The notes: a model not told the origin generated them from the sequence alone. 64,000 nt of DNA from Chthoniobacterales bacterium (GCA_013815325.1 JACDGM010000003.1:12375-76374); one strand, 5' to 3'; positions 1-11,485 are shown, numbered from the stretch's first letter. Numbers and translations are program-made.

Positions 1-3000
1 ACAGCGTGAATTTCATGGCCGGCAACCTAACGAATCAGGTGCGCGGCATTGCGAAGGTCGTAACCTCGGTCGCGAACGGTGACCTGAAGCAGAAGCTGCT
101 CGTGGAAACGAAAGGCGAAATCGCGGAGCTGGCCGACACGATCAACAGCATGACCGACACGCTCGCCATCTTTGCTGATCAGACGACCACGGTCGCGCGC
201 GAGGTCGGCGTGGAAGGAAAACTCGGCGGTCAGGCGCATGTGCCGGGCGCAGCAGGGACGTGGCGCGATCTGACCGATAACGTGAACCAGCTGGCAGCGA
301 ATCTGACGACGCAGTTGCGCGCAATTGCCGACGTCGCCACGGCGGTGACGAAGGGAGATCTCACGCGGTCCATTCAGGTCGATGCCGCCGGCGAGGTCGC
401 GTTCGTGAAAGACAACATCAACGAAATGATCCGCAATTTGAAGGACACGACGCTGCGGAACGACGAGCAGGATTGGCTCAAGACGAATCTCGCGAAATTC
501 ACCCGCATGCTACAGGGGCAAAAAGATCTGCTCACCGTCGGTCGGCTCATTCTCTCCGAGCTCGCGCCCGTCGTTTCGGCGCAGCAGGGCGTGTTCTACA
601 TGATGGATGGGAGCGTCACGGAACCGGAGCTGAAGTTGCTGGCGAGCTACGCGTATCGCGAACGCAAAGGCGTCAACAATCGCTTCCGTCTTGGCGAAAG
701 TCTGGTCGGGCAGGCGGCTCTGGAAAAGGAGCGCATTCTCCTAACGAACCTGCCGTCGGATTATGTGCAGATCAGCTCAGGCCTCGGTGAATCGAAGCCG
801 ATGAACATCGTCGTCCTCCCCATCGTCTTCGAGGGCCAGGTGAAAGCGGTGATGGAGTTGTCCTCTTTCGAACGGTTTAGCCCGACGCACCAAGCTTTCT
901 TGGATCAGCTGACGGAAAGCATCGGCATCGTTTTAAACACGATTGAAGCGAACACGCGCACGGAAGACCTGCTCAAGCAATCCCAATCCCTCGCGGGCGA
1001 GTTGCAAAGCCGGCAGGAAGAGTTGCAGCAGACGAACCAGGAGCTGGAAGAAAAGGCGCGGCAGCTCTTCGAGCAGAACGAGGAAGTCGAGCGCAAAAAT
1101 CGCGAAGTCGAGCAGGCCCGCCAGGCCCTCGAGGGCAAGGCGCAACAGCTTTCGCTCACCTCGCGATACAAGTCGGAGTTTCTCGCCAACATGTCGCACG
1201 AGCTACGCACGCCACTCAACAGCTTGCTCATTCTCGCCGACCAACTCTCCTCGAACCCCGAGGGAAATCTCACCGGCAAGCAAGTGGAATTCGCGCGCAC
1301 GATTCGCGGCTCAGGTCGTGATCTGTTGAAGTTGATCAACGACATTCTCGATCTTTCGAAAATCGAATCAGGCACTGTGAGCGTGGACGTCGGAGAAGTC
1401 CGCTTCGAGGAAATGCGCCAGACGATGGAGCGCACATTCCGTCACGTCGCCGACGGCAAAGGCGTGAGTTTCAACATCGAAATTGATCCCACCTTGCCCC
1501 GCGCAATTGAAACGGATGCGCAACGTCTCGATCAGGTCTTGAAGAATCTGTTGTCGAATGCGTTCAAGTTCACGGAACGCGGATACGTTAATTTGCGCGT
1601 CGTGCGCGCGACCGAAGGATGGAGTGACGATCGCATCTTGTTGAATCGCGCGTCGGCGGTTCTCTCGTTTTCGGTGAGTGACAGCGGCATCGGTATTCCA
1701 GTCGATAAACAGGGAACGATTTTTGAGCCGTTTCTCCAGGCGGATGGAAGCACGAGCAGGAAATACGGAGGCACGGGATTGGGGCTTGCCATTAGCCGTG
1801 AACTCGCGCGGCTCCTCGGCGGTGAAATTAAGATTGAGAGCGAAGAGGGTCGCGGCAGTACGTTCACTCTCTTTCTCCCCGAGACCTACACGCCGGCAGT
1901 TCTGCAAAGAGTGCCGGCTGCGGCTATCGCAACGCTGCCTCACCCGCCTCCCGCGGAATCGGCTGACATGCCGGGGGACGTTTCCATTCCGGATGACCGT
2001 GGCAATATTCTCCCCGGCGAGCAGTCGATTCTGATCATCGAAGATGATCACAACTTCGCGCAGTGGTGCCTCGATTTGGCCCACGCGCAGGAATTCAAGG
2101 CAATCGTGACACCACGCGGTCAATCTGCACTGGCGCTTGCGCGTGAGTTCGCGCCCACCGCGATCTCTCTCGATATCAGCCTCCCGGACGTGGATGGATG
2201 GAAGGTGCTGGAGCGGCTGAAATCCGATCTGACTACGCGGCACATTCCGGTCTTCATCATTTCGGTGGCCGAAGAGCCGCGTAACGCGCTCAAGTATGGC
2301 GCCGTCGATTTTCTGACCAAACCGGTCGACCAGGCGGGAGTGGAGAATCTTCTCCGCCGTGTGCGCAAGATGGCAGAAACCGCAGCGAAAGAATTGCTCC
2401 TGATCGAAGACGACGAAACGCAACGTAACAGCATTCGAGAACTGATCGGGAACGAGACTGCGCATATTGTCGACGCAGCGACCGCAGAGCAAGGATTGGA
2501 GGCGCTGAGCCGTCAGCCATTCGATTGCGTGGTGCTTGACCTGATGTTGCCCGACATCTCCGGTTTCGACCTGATCCAGAAGATCCGGACGGAGCACGCG
2601 CGGCTGCCGATCATTGTTTATACCGGCAAAGATTTGTCCGCGGAAGAGGAAGAGAAGCTGAATCGTGTTGCGCAGACGGTGATCGTGAAAGATGTGCGCA
2701 GCCCGGAGCGACTCTTCGATCAGACGGCGCTTTGGCTGCACCGGGACGTCTCCAAGCTACCCGAGATGAAGCGCACAATGCTGAAGAAATTGCACGATCC
2801 CGATGCGGTTCTCGCCGGCAAGAAGGTCCTCATCGTGGATGACGATATCCGCAATATTTTTGCCATGACGAGCATGCTGGAGCGCTACAAGATGGACGTG
2901 CTCTCTGCCGAAACCGGCCAGGCGGCGATTGCGTCGCTGCGAAAGACCGACGGCGTCGATCTCGTCTTGATGGATATCATGCTGCCCGAGATGGATGGTT

Positions 3001-3185
3001 ATCAAACGATGCAGGCGATCCGCAAAATGTATGGCTTCGAACAGTTGCCGATCATCGCGCTCACGGCCAAGGCCATGAAAGGCGACCGCGAAAAGTGCAT
3101 CGATGCGGGCGCGAGTGACTACATCGCCAAGCCAGTCGACACCGAGCGCCTGCTCACACTCCTACGCAACTGGCTGCACCGCTGA
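1..3185 (+). CDS. Hybrid sensor histidine kinase, 5' end outside window (HAMP repeats - GAF-like - coiled coil - HisKA - HATPase_c - three receiver domains)
   Basis: ORF 6..3185 stays open to the window edge. It has repeated HAMP-like units ([25 protein letters not shown]; [25 protein letters not shown]), H-box [10 protein letters not shown] and G-box [13 protein letters not shown]. Three receiver modules follow ([27 protein letters not shown] ... KP). Confidence 0.9.
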   Translation, partial: SVNFMAGNLTNQVRGIAKVVTSVANGDLKQKLLVETKGEIAELADTINSMTDTLAIFADQTTTVAREVGVEGKLGGQAHVPGAAGTWRDLTDNVNQLAANLTTQLRAIADVATAVTKGDLTRSIQVDAAGEVAFVKDNINEMIRNLKDTTLRNDEQDWLKTNLAKFTRMLQGQKDLLTVGRLILSELAPVVSAQQGVFYMMDGSVTEPELKLLASYAYRERKGVNNRFRLGESLVGQAALEKERILLTNLPSDYVQISSGLGESKPMNIVVLPIVFEGQVKAVMELSSFERFSPTHQAFLDQLTESIGIVLNTIEANTRTEDLLKQSQSLAGELQSRQEELQQTNQELEEKARQLFEQNEEVERKNREVEQARQALEGKAQQLSLTSRYKSEFLANMSHELRTPLNSLLILADQLSSNPEGNLTGKQVEFARTIRGSGRDLLKLINDILDLSKIESGTVSVDVGEVRFEEMRQTMERTFRHVADGKGVSFNIEIDPTLPRAIETDAQRLDQVLKNLLSNAFKFTERGYVNLRVVRATEGWSDDRILLNRASAVLSFSVSDSGIGIPVDKQGTIFEPFLQADGSTSRKYGGTGLGLAISRELARLLGGEIKIESEEGRGSTFTLFLPETYTPAVLQRVPAAAIATLPHPPPAESADMPGDVSIPDDRGNILPGEQSILIIEDDHNFAQWCLDLAHAQEFKAIVTPRGQSALALAREFAPTAISLDISLPDVDGWKVLERLKSDLTTRHIPVFIISVAEEPRNALKYGAVDFLTKPVDQAGVENLLRRVRKMAETAAKELLLIEDDETQRNSIRELIGNETAHIVDAATAEQGLEALSRQPFDCVVLDLMLPDISGFDLIQKIRTEHARLPIIVYTGKDLSAEEEEKLNRVAQTVIVKDVRSPERLFDQTALWLHRDVSKLPEMKRTMLKKLHDPDAVLAGKKVLIVDDDIRNIFAMTSMLERYKMDVLSAETGQAAIASLRKTDGVDLVLMDIMLPEMDGYQTMQAIRKMYGFEQLPIIALTAKAMKGDREKCIDAGASDYIAKPVDTERLLTLLRNWLHR

Positions 3186-5331
3186 TGGCGCTTCCAATCC
3201 AGAGCACCGGGGCCGCACCCGCGGACGAAAAGGTCAACATCCTGATCGTCGACGATCGTCCCGACAAGCTCCTCGCGCACGAAACGATCCTCGCGGACCT
3301 GGATCAGAATCTCGTCCGTGCAACCTCCGGACGCGACGCCTTGCGTTGTCTTCTGCACCAGGATTTCGCGGTCATCCTTCTCGACGTGAACATGCCAGGC
3401 ATGGATGGGTTCGAGACCGCTGCGCTTATCCGGCAACGGCCCCGATCCGAGACGACTCCCATCATCTTCATCAGCGCGGTCAACGACACCGAGAACCACG
3501 TCTCGCGCGGTTACTCGTTAGGCGCGGTGGATTACATCCTCACCCCGGTGGTCCCGGAGATTCTTCGCGCCAAGCTCGCGGTCTTCGTCGACCTCTATAA
3601 GAAGACCGAACAGATCAAACGTCAGGCCGAAGAGCGGTCGGTTTTCTTCCGTGAGCAAGCCGCCCGCGCGGAAGCCGAAGCCCGACAGGAGCGTCTGGGC
3701 TTTCTCGCCGAAGCGAGCAACGTGCTCGCTGGTTCACTCGATTTCGAAGAGACCTTCGAGAATCTAGCGGGTCTGCTTGTGCCACGATTGGCGGATTTCT
3801 GTGCCATCGAAATCGCGGATAAAGATGGCGCTCTTTACGACGTTGCAGTCGCACATCGTGTCGCGACGGAACAGGCGAAGCTCAACAAGCTGGATGCACA
3901 ATCTCCTGTCGCCAGACTGGCCCGACGCATGTGTATGCGAGTCTACCACAGCGGACAGTCTGAACTTTGCTGTGAAGTTGATCAAAGGATTCTGAGGGAG
4001 CTCTTCGGGCAAGAAGTTGATCTCGTTCTGACTCGACCCTCTGCGTTCTTCGCGGTCCCGATCCGCGCCCGAGGTCGAGTGCTAGGGGCCATGACTCTGG
4101 TGAACGACAGCATCGAGCGCTCCTGCGGGCCAAGTGAACTATCCCTGGCCGAAGAACTGGGACAGCGGGCGGCGCTCGCCCTTGAAAATGCTCAACTCTA
4201 CCAAGCTGCTCAGAAAGCCCTCAGCGAAGCCGAGCGCGCGAACTTGGCCAAAGATCGTTTCCTCGCGATGCTTAGCCACGAGTTGCGCACACCGTTGACT
4301 CCTGTCCTGACCTCCGTCCTCGCGCTGGAGACCGACGCGAATATTTCGTCCGAAGCGCGCGACTCACTGCAGATGATTCGACGTAATGTCGAGCTGGAAG
4401 CGCGATTAATCGACGACCTCCTCGACCTAACGAGGATCAGTAAAGGCAAAGTGCAGTTAAGCCTCGAGCACGTAGACGCGCATATCTTGTTGCTTAGCGC
4501 GCTCGAGATTTGCCAGTCCGAGATCGCGAACAAAAAGCTGAAGCTGGAGACGGACCTGGCCGCGTCCAAAGTCGATCTGCTCGCCGATCCAGCGCGGTTA
4601 CAGCAGATTTTTTGGAACCTGATCAAGAACGCGGTCAAGTTTACGCCGGAATTCGGTCATCTTACGATCAGCACCATGAACGACGAAGAGGGTCTGTTGC
4701 GCGTGAGGATTATCGATAGCGGCGTCGGAATCGATGCAGAATCGCTCCCCAAGATCTTCAAGGCATTCGAGCAAGGCGAACGGACCACGACGGGCGGGCT
4801 GGGCCTCGGGCTCGCTATAACCAAAGCGCTGGTTGAAACCCATGACGGCCGCATCACCGCGGAGAGTGCCGGACGCGGCAAGGGAGCTACTTTTACGGCT
4901 TATTTGCCGGTGGCCGAAGGTGCGAGCTCTCAAGCTACGAAATGCCTTCCGCTTTCGGACGGCGAGCGAAAGTCGATGCGGATTTTGCTGGTCGAAGACC
5001 ACGAGACACGAACCGCTCGCTCACCAACCTTCTACGGCGGCGTGGCTATTATGTACGGTCGGCGAATAGCATCAGCTCGGCCGTGCAATGCGCGGCCGAC
5101 CAGCCGTTCGACCTCCTCGTTAGCGATATCGGGTTACCGGACGGGACTGGGATTGATTTGATGGCGAGACTGAATACGGAGCACGCCATGGTTGGCATTG
5201 CTCTGACGGGCTTCGGGATGGAGGAGGATGTGCGCAGAAGTCGCGAGGCCGGTTTTCGTGAACACCTCGTGAAGCCGGTCGACCTCAACAAACTTGATGC
5301 GGTGATTCAGGACGTTGCTCTTTCAAGATAA
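3185..5331 (+). CDS. REC-GAF-HisKA-HATPase_c-REC hybrid histidine kinase, reading frame broken near 5005
   Basis: The ATG overlaps the upstream stop (TGATG, 3183-3187). Domains: N-terminal receiver (ILIVDDRPDK...LDVNMPGMDG), H-box [23 protein letters not shown]. The C-terminal receiver continues in another frame (ORF 4942..5331: DTNRSLTNLLRRRGY...LLVSDIGLPDGTG...KP). The frames join if one G is restored in GAG(G)ACACG at 5003-5010. Length 2147 nt is 3n+2. Confidence 0.8.
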
Positions 5332-5386
5332 CGCTGGCAGACGCGGCAGGCTGCAACACGCTTCAGTTTTAGCGGCCATGAGGAGA

Positions 5387-5400
5387 CGGTGAGGGAGGGA
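5387..5400 (+). repeat. Candidate distal att repeat: copy of the last 14 nt of tRNA-Ser(GCU)
   Basis: CGGTGAGGGAGGGA at 5387-5400 is identical to 14984-14997 (complement of the tRNA 3' acceptor/T-stem end) and has the same orientation. Confidence 0.45.
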
Positions 5401-5467
5401 ATCTTCACTTGTGCAAGAGTATAGCTCTGCCTCTTGTATAACGTGGTTGCATAACAGCGGCCCTCTG

Positions 5468-5547
5468 GTTTCGGTGAAATCACTTAACCAGGGAATCCCA
5501 GTTTCGGTGAAATCACTTTAACCGGGAAACCGACTCACCGCATGACC
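5468..5547 (+). repeat. Tandem about-34-nt repeat (GTTTCGGTGAAATCACTT...) with a diverged third copy at 7859-7905
   Basis: GTTTCGGTGAAATCACTT occurs twice (5468.. and 5501..). The second unit continues ...AAACCGACTCACCGCATGACC. Confidence 0.6.
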
Positions 5548-5945
5548 AGCGAGCGAGGTCGCTGCCGCGGCCGCCCCACATAGCACGGCAGGCTGCTCCA
5601 GCGATAGCTAAGCAGGTCTTTTCTCTTTCTCAAGCAGCCGCGCCCGGGAGAGATTTCGCGGGGGCGCATCGGCGAGCGCGCGCAGGGCTGGAATGGCGGA
5701 CGCGGCGATAAATGGTACGATTGACGGCCCCCGCCACCCCCGCCCAACGCCGGGGAGGCCTTCGCCGAAACACGGTTTCGGTTATAAAGCAATCGATCCT
5801 GTCGATTTTTGTTGCAGGCGAGCCCGAATTTCAATAACATTGGTCTCATCGATGGCAGCATAACTGCTGTTTTGGTTGGTGGCCGCGGGGGAGAAGTGCG
5901 GCGGCCGAAGCTCGCACATCACCATTCCACGAGGGCCGAACGGCA

Positions 5946-7589
5946 ATGATTCAACAAAACGTTTTTCTCGATCGTCGGGGCGTCTGGGCATTCGCCCTCG
6001 GCTGTATCGGCGTCACCATCGGCGTGCTCCTCCACATCCCGATGTTCTGGATGGGCCACAATAACGGCTTCATCCTTTACGGGATGCCGATGGATCCCGG
6101 CATGATCTTCGGCATGTACCTGATCATCGCGGGTGTGATCGCGGCTGCCTACGGACTCCTCCCGAGCAAGGCGGCCTACGATGCGGTCGTGAGCTCGCGC
6201 ATCACGGTGGTCGCCCCGGAGGACGCGCCGCTGAACCGCGCGCACTGGATATTGATGGCTACACTCGTGGTCGCTCTCATCATCGACGTGATGAAACCCG
6301 CCACCCTCGGATTCACGATTCCGGGGATGATTAAGGAATATCAAACTACCAAGGCGCACGCGTCACTGGTTCCGTTTTCCGCGCTCGTCGGGACCGCAAG
6401 TGGTTCGATTCTTTGGGGAATTCTGGCCGATCTCTACGGCCGGAAAGCAGCCATCCTCCTCTCGGCCGTCGTCTTCATCGGGACTTCAATTTGCGGCGCA
6501 ATGCCTTCGCTGAACTGGAACATCGGGATGTGTTTTCTGATGGGATTCGGGGCGGGCGGCATGCTCCCCGTGACCTATGCCTTACTCGCGGAAATGATGC
6601 CTTCCAAGCACCGCGGCTGGTCACTCGTGTTAGTCGGCGGTCTCGGCGCCGTCGGTGGATACGTTGTCGCGAGCGGTTTCGCAGCCACCCTCGAGCCAAT
6701 TTTTAGCTGGCGCATCCTCTGGCTGATGAATCTTCCCACCGGGCTCCTCCTCCTCGGCTTGGGACGGTTCATCCCGGAATCGGCCAAGTTCCTTCTCGCC
6801 CGGGGACGCAACGCCGAGGCGCACGCGGTCATGCGGCGCTTCGGGACGATTAGCCACAAGCTGGAAGAGGGGGAGGAAGACGAATCGGATTTGATCGCGC
6901 ACGGTCACCATCATCATAGTGCCGAGGAAGCCGCCGAAGAAGCGAAGCTCTGGACCCCGGCGCTGATCGGTAAAACCGTCGCCCTGACGGTCGCAGCGCT
7001 CTCCTGGGGCCTAATCAACTTCGGGCTCCTGCTCTGGATACCTAACGACCTGGTGGCGAAAGGCTATTCCATGGCACTCTCGAGTAAGCTCCTTGCCGAA
7101 TCAGCCTTGATCGCTTTCCCAACCGTCTTCCTTTGCACCTATCTTTATAGCCGCTGGAGCACGAAATGGGCGCTAAGTGCTTTCATCGCTCTGACGCTTT
7201 TCGGCTTGCTCTGGGTCTTACGCCTGGAGACTCATGTCGGCGGTAACCCGGTCTGGCCGGTAGGTCTGCTGATCATCGGGAGCAATGGGATCATTGCGAT
7301 TCTCCTTCCCTACGCGTCGGAGAGTTATCCGGTGAAGATTCGTGGCCGTGCCACCGGATGGGTCGCAATGTTCACCAAGGGTGGTGGTGTCCTGGCGCAA
7401 AGCTTGAGTATTATGGCGCTCGCCCCATCGCTCGGTATAACTGCCATAGGCATTATGGTGCCGGTGGTGATCTCGTTGGCGTTGTTCATTCGCTACGGAA
7501 CTGAGACGCGCGGCTTAGATCTGCGGCACCTCGAGTCATCAATTCGGCCGCGCTCGCCCTCGAAATGGGACACACCGACAGTGGGATGA
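5946..7589 (+). CDS. MFS transporter
   Basis: The profile is polytopic and hydrophobic. It carries the MFS loop signature ILADLYGRKAAILLSAVVF and a His-rich cytoplasmic loop (HGHHHH). The last ~25 codons run into the integrase stump, so the true C-terminus is uncertain. Confidence 0.85.
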   Translation: MIQQNVFLDRRGVWAFALGCIGVTIGVLLHIPMFWMGHNNGFILYGMPMDPGMIFGMYLIIAGVIAAAYGLLPSKAAYDAVVSSRITVVAPEDAPLNRAHWILMATLVVALIIDVMKPATLGFTIPGMIKEYQTTKAHASLVPFSALVGTASGSILWGILADLYGRKAAILLSAVVFIGTSICGAMPSLNWNIGMCFLMGFGAGGMLPVTYALLAEMMPSKHRGWSLVLVGGLGAVGGYVVASGFAATLEPIFSWRILWLMNLPTGLLLLGLGRFIPESAKFLLARGRNAEAHAVMRRFGTISHKLEEGEEDESDLIAHGHHHHSAEEAAEEAKLWTPALIGKTVALTVAALSWGLINFGLLLWIPNDLVAKGYSMALSSKLLAESALIAFPTVFLCTYLYSRWSTKWALSAFIALTLFGLLWVLRLETHVGGNPVWPVGLLIIGSNGIIAILLPYASESYPVKIRGRATGWVAMFTKGGGVLAQSLSIMALAPSLGITAIGIMVPVVISLALFIRYGTETRGLDLRHLESSIRPRSPSKWDTPTVG

Positions 7590-7885
7590 TCTTCGCGCAC
7601 TATCGCCAGCTCGTTTGGCCGAAAGAAGCGGCGCAGTATTGGAACATCCGGCCAGCGACTACGGAAAAGATCGTTCCCATGCTGGGCAAATCCAACGCCG
7701 AAATAGAGGAATTCCTGCGCACAGCAAAAGTCATTTCGTGTGCCGAACAAGCGGGCGGACGCGTCATGATCGAGCTGGGGAGTCGCTTAGGTTGTGGCGC
7801 ACGGATAGTCAATCCGTTGCCGCACGAGGCAGCGCTATTCTGTTGCCGTCAGGTTGCCGGTTCGGCGAAATCCTCGAAACCGTAA
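7505..7885 (+). pseudogene. Tyrosine recombinase (integrase) C-terminal stump
   Basis: The frame is open from 7505. ...VINSAALALEMGHTDSGMIFAHYRQLVWPKEAAQYWNIRP resembles the extreme C-terminus of phage-type integrases (LGH...HY with the catalytic Tyr). No core or N-terminal domains precede it. Confidence 0.55.
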
Positions 7886-7905
7886 AACGGACTCACCGGA
7901 TGACT
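7859..7905 (+). repeat. Diverged copy (about 72% identity by eye) of the 5501-5547 repeat unit
   Basis: GGTTCGGCGAAATCCTCGAAACCGTAAAACGGACTCACCGGATGACT compared with GTTTCGGTGAAATCACTTTAACCGGGAAACCGACTCACCGCATGACC. Confidence 0.5.
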
Positions 7906-8334
7906 GCTGCGCGCCTCGCCAGCGTCCGTTCTGGGATGGGGAGCGCAGTCACATCACCCTGCCAGGCCGATAAAAGCGCGCTAGCGAAGCACTGAGTGCG
8001 TCGTTGAGCCTCTGCCAAGCGTTCGCGCGCCCAAACAGCTCCTTTTGAATCGGTTCGGCAACGTTTGCGGGAGACGAAACAACGAAAACTGACAGAGCGG
8101 CAGGAAGTCCGGCTCGAGTTTGGCGCCGAGTCTGACCACTACCGGCAGAATCCTCGACGAAACATTATTCCCCAAATTTCCGGAAGATTTATCTCGACAG
8201 GCAGAGAGCAGCCGCCCCAACCTCAAATCGTCGAATAGATCTGGATCGGACGCGGACGTTTATCCTGGGAGTTTCCGCCCTTCTTCAGACCTGTAGTCGC
8301 AGGTCAAACCACACCAGATGAAAGAAACGTCCTT

Positions 8335-9536
8335 ATGTACGAACAAATTCAGATCAAAAAACTAAAACCGTCAGGCAGAAATTTATTCGACTGGTCGCCT
8401 TCGCGACGCGGTTGCATCCCCGCGGCGCTTGCGCTCGCCCTTGCATGCATTGTGGTTTCGCCCCCAGCACGGGCAGTAACGCCAGCACCGGACGGAGGTT
8501 ACCCCAACTTCAACACCGCAGAAGGGGATAATGCTCTGTTCAGCCTTACAACCGGCAGCTACAACACGGCCGTCGGTGCTGATGCGCTCCTGTACAACAC
8601 AGCCGGCGTCGGAAACACAGCCAACGGTACCAGTGCGCTCTTTAACAACACAACCGGCGTCGAAAACACGGCCAACGGTTCTAGTGCGCTCTATAGCAAC
8701 ACAATCGGCTTCAAAAACACGGCCAACGGTTCTAGTGCGCTCTACGTAAACACAACCGGCGTCGAAAACACGGCCAACGGTTTTTTGCGCTTTATGGCAA
8801 CACGATCGGGCGCAACAACACGGCCACCGGTCAGAACGCGCTGCGTGGCAACACAACCGGTTCGTTCAACATTGCGCTAGGCGATAACGCGGGTTTCAAC
8901 CTGACTACAGGCGATCACAACATAGAAATAGGAAATAAAGGCGTCGCCGGTGAGGCCAAGACAATTCGCATTGGCACCAAAGGAACAAACACAAATACCT
9001 ACATCGTCGGCATCAATGGGGTGGTAGTAGCAGGGGGCGTAGGTGTAATTGTCGATACCAACGGCCACTTAGGGACAGTCGTTTCCTCGGCGTGCTTTAA
9101 GGAAGCAATCAAGCCAATGGATAAAGCAAGCGAAGGGATTCTCTCGCTCCAGCCGGTGACCTTTCGCTATAAGCACGAGCTTGATCCACAAGCCATCCCG
9201 CAGTTCGGCCTGGTCGCCGAGCAAGTGGCAAAGGTGAACCCTGATCTAGTGGCCCGGGACGACCAAGGTAAGCCATACACTGTTCGTTACGAAGCAGTGA
9301 ACGCGATGTTACTTAATGAGTTCCTGAAAGAGCACCGCAAGGTGGAGACACTGGAAACGGTTGTTGCCGAGCTGCAGTCAGGCGATACGAAGCAAGCAGC
9401 GACCATCGCCCAGCAGCAGGATGAGATCAAGACGTTGATTGCGAATCTCAAATTACAGGCCGGAGAAATCAAAAAGGTCAACGAAGAGGTCGAAGTAAGT
9501 AAAGCTGCTTCGCGCCGGGTGGTTGAGACTCGGTAA
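8335..9536 (+). CDS. Tail-fibre-like / Hep_Hag-repeat surface protein with C-terminal intramolecular-chaperone (peptidase S74-like) domain; frame broken at a T6 run
   Basis: It has a signal-like N-terminus and about-14-aa NTANG..AL..NT.G repeats. After the break it reads ...TIRIGT...TYIVGI.... The C-terminus (SSACFKEAIKPMDKASEGILSLQPVTFRYKHELDP...QFGLVAEQVAKVNPDLV...VRYEAVNAMLLNEF) is typical of tail-fibre/endosialidase chaperone domains. ORFs 8335..8880 and ..9536 join if the T6 run at 8781-8786 is T7. Length 1202 nt is 3n+2. Confidence 0.75.
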
Positions 9537-9556
9537 AGCTTTAGCCGCAGAGAGGA

Positions 9557-11383
9557 ATGACAAAGCACATCATGAAGAACACCATCCTTAATATCAAACT
9601 GGTTTTCCGCGGTCGAGGCTTTTTCGTAGCTACAGCGATGCTATTGCTTTTGATCTCATCGCGAAGCACTACCTTCGCCGGCAGTGCAACCTGGCAACTC
9701 AGTCCAGCAAGTGGCGACTGGAACACCGCCGCTAACTGGATGCCGAACACCGTGCCCGACGGGCCGACAGATATCGCTACCTTTGACGTTTCGAATACGA
9801 CGAGCGTATCTCTCTCCGGCACGGCAGAGGTGGACAGCATCGTTTTCAATCCGGGTGCGAGTGCGTTCACGATTACCGCCGGCACTTTCAAGTTTTATAA
9901 TGCAATTACTTTCAGTGGCACCGGTATTGTGAACAATTCCGGGACTACTCAGAATTTCGTAACGACCGGTACCACCCAAGGACAAATAGAATTCACTGGC
10001 GTTGCGACCGCGGGAAGTGCGACTGTCTTCACCAACTATGGCGGCGCCCGGTTCAGTGACACCGGCGTATTCTTTAACGATTCATCAAACGCGGGCAGTG
10101 CGACCTTCATCAATAATGGTGGCGTGGATTCTAACCTCCATGGCACTGGTAGAGTGAATTTCGTCGGTAGTGCAAGCGCAGCCAACGGCACCTTCGTCAC
10201 CAATCCTGGACCAAGAGGGACTTTTGCGGGTGGCAAGGTAATTTTTAGCTACAGTTCGACAGCTGCGAACGGCACCTTTGTCTGCAACGGCGGCACGGCG
10301 GAAAATCCAAACGGCGGCTACATGCAAATACTTGATAGCGCCACCGCTGCCGAGGGCATCTTCACCATCAATGGCTCCGATTTTCCCGGGGCGAGCCCTG
10401 GATCGTTATACTTTTATTACACTCCCACGGCCGGTAATGCCACCTTGATCGCCAACGGCGGCACGGCGAGCGGTGGTAGTATCGTTTTCGAAACTGGCAG
10501 CCCTGATGGTGGGACTTCGAAGGTCATGCTTTTTGGTAATGGGCAGCTGGATATCGGTTACCGAGAAGCGCCAGGCGTGACGATTGGTTCACTGGAAGGC
10601 AATGGCCTTGTCTTTCTTGGGGCGAACAACCTGTCAATCGGCAGCAACGAGTTGAGCACCGCTTTTGCTGGCACCATTGCAGACGGCGGAATATTCGGCG
10701 TCACGGGTGGCTCACTGACCAAGGTAGGCGCCGGGACGTTGACCTTGAGCGGCGCGAACACCTACACCGGTGGAACGACCGTCAGCGCAGGTGCTTTGAA
10801 GGTCGATAACAAGTCTAGCTCGGCCAGCGGCGCTGGAGCGGTCAGGGTCGACGCCGGCACCTTGGGTGGCACGGGAATGATCGCCGGCACCGTAACCGTC
10901 GGCACCGGGAGCGGGGCGGGAGCTTTTCTGACTCCGGGACAAGGCGCGCGCAGACCCGCCGCACTTACCATTCAAAGCGCGTTGACTTTTAAAGCTGATG
11001 CCACCTACGTGTGCACGCTAAATACCAAGAAAGCCAAAGCCGATCAGGTCATCGCCAATGGGATAACTATCGAGAGCGGAGCGCAGTTCAGTTTGAATGC
11101 CGTCGCCCATAAGACGCTGACTGCGGGCCAGGTCTTCACCGCCATCAGCAACACCTCAGCGACCCCCATCAGCGGCGCCTTCGCCAACCTGCCCGACGGT
11201 TCGACCTTCACCGCCGACCGCAATACTTTTCAGGTAAGGTACGAAGGCGGCGACGGGAACGATCTCACGCTTACTGTGATGCCGCAGCACAGGACCCGCG
11301 CCCGTCTCATCTCTGGCCCTCTCATTTCTCTCGTTCCAAAGTCTCTTGGGAACGCGCTTGTCTTTGCCGTAACGCAGCCGTAG
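9557..11383 (+). CDS. Secreted autotransporter-associated beta-strand (PATR) repeat protein
   Basis: It has a signal-like N-terminus and Gly/Thr/Asn-rich beta repeats. Units such as GGSLTKVGAGTLTLSGANTYTGGTTVSAGALKVDN and VRVDAGTLGGTGMIAGTVTV are present, and the protein ends ...FQVRYEGGDGNDLTLTV. Confidence 0.75.
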   Translation: MTKHIMKNTILNIKLVFRGRGFFVATAMLLLLISSRSTTFAGSATWQLSPASGDWNTAANWMPNTVPDGPTDIATFDVSNTTSVSLSGTAEVDSIVFNPGASAFTITAGTFKFYNAITFSGTGIVNNSGTTQNFVTTGTTQGQIEFTGVATAGSATVFTNYGGARFSDTGVFFNDSSNAGSATFINNGGVDSNLHGTGRVNFVGSASAANGTFVTNPGPRGTFAGGKVIFSYSSTAANGTFVCNGGTAENPNGGYMQILDSATAAEGIFTINGSDFPGASPGSLYFYYTPTAGNATLIANGGTASGGSIVFETGSPDGGTSKVMLFGNGQLDIGYREAPGVTIGSLEGNGLVFLGANNLSIGSNELSTAFAGTIADGGIFGVTGGSLTKVGAGTLTLSGANTYTGGTTVSAGALKVDNKSSSASGAGAVRVDAGTLGGTGMIAGTVTVGTGSGAGAFLTPGQGARRPAALTIQSALTFKADATYVCTLNTKKAKADQVIANGITIESGAQFSLNAVAHKTLTAGQVFTAISNTSATPISGAFANLPDGSTFTADRNTFQVRYEGGDGNDLTLTVMPQHRTRARLISGPLISLVPKSLGNALVFAVTQP

Positions 11384-11485
11384 GCGAGGCCGGGCTTTCC
11401 AACTCTGCTTCCCGATGCTGCGGCGGCGATGCGCAGCCGTTATCGGATTCATCAAACCGAGGCCGCACATTTTACAGGGAAGGCC

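Noticed and set aside
1368-2741. 457-aa ORF on the minus strand
   Set aside because: It is antisense to the HisKA/HATPase/receiver region of the first hybrid kinase. There are no motifs and the composition is skewed.
5535-5861. 108-aa minus-strand ORF, and other short ORFs, in the 614-nt spacer upstream of the MFS gene
   Set aside because: The translation is Gly/Arg/Pro-rich. There is no ribosome-binding site and no recognisable family. The spacer is better explained by repeats and an att-like scar. I could not identify a riboswitch or an sRNA fold by eye either.
7981-8226. 81-aa minus-strand ORF between the integrase stump and the tail-fibre-like gene, considered as a transposase remnant
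   Set aside because: There are no transposase motifs (DDE, HTH), no flanking inverted repeats, and the composition is low complexity.
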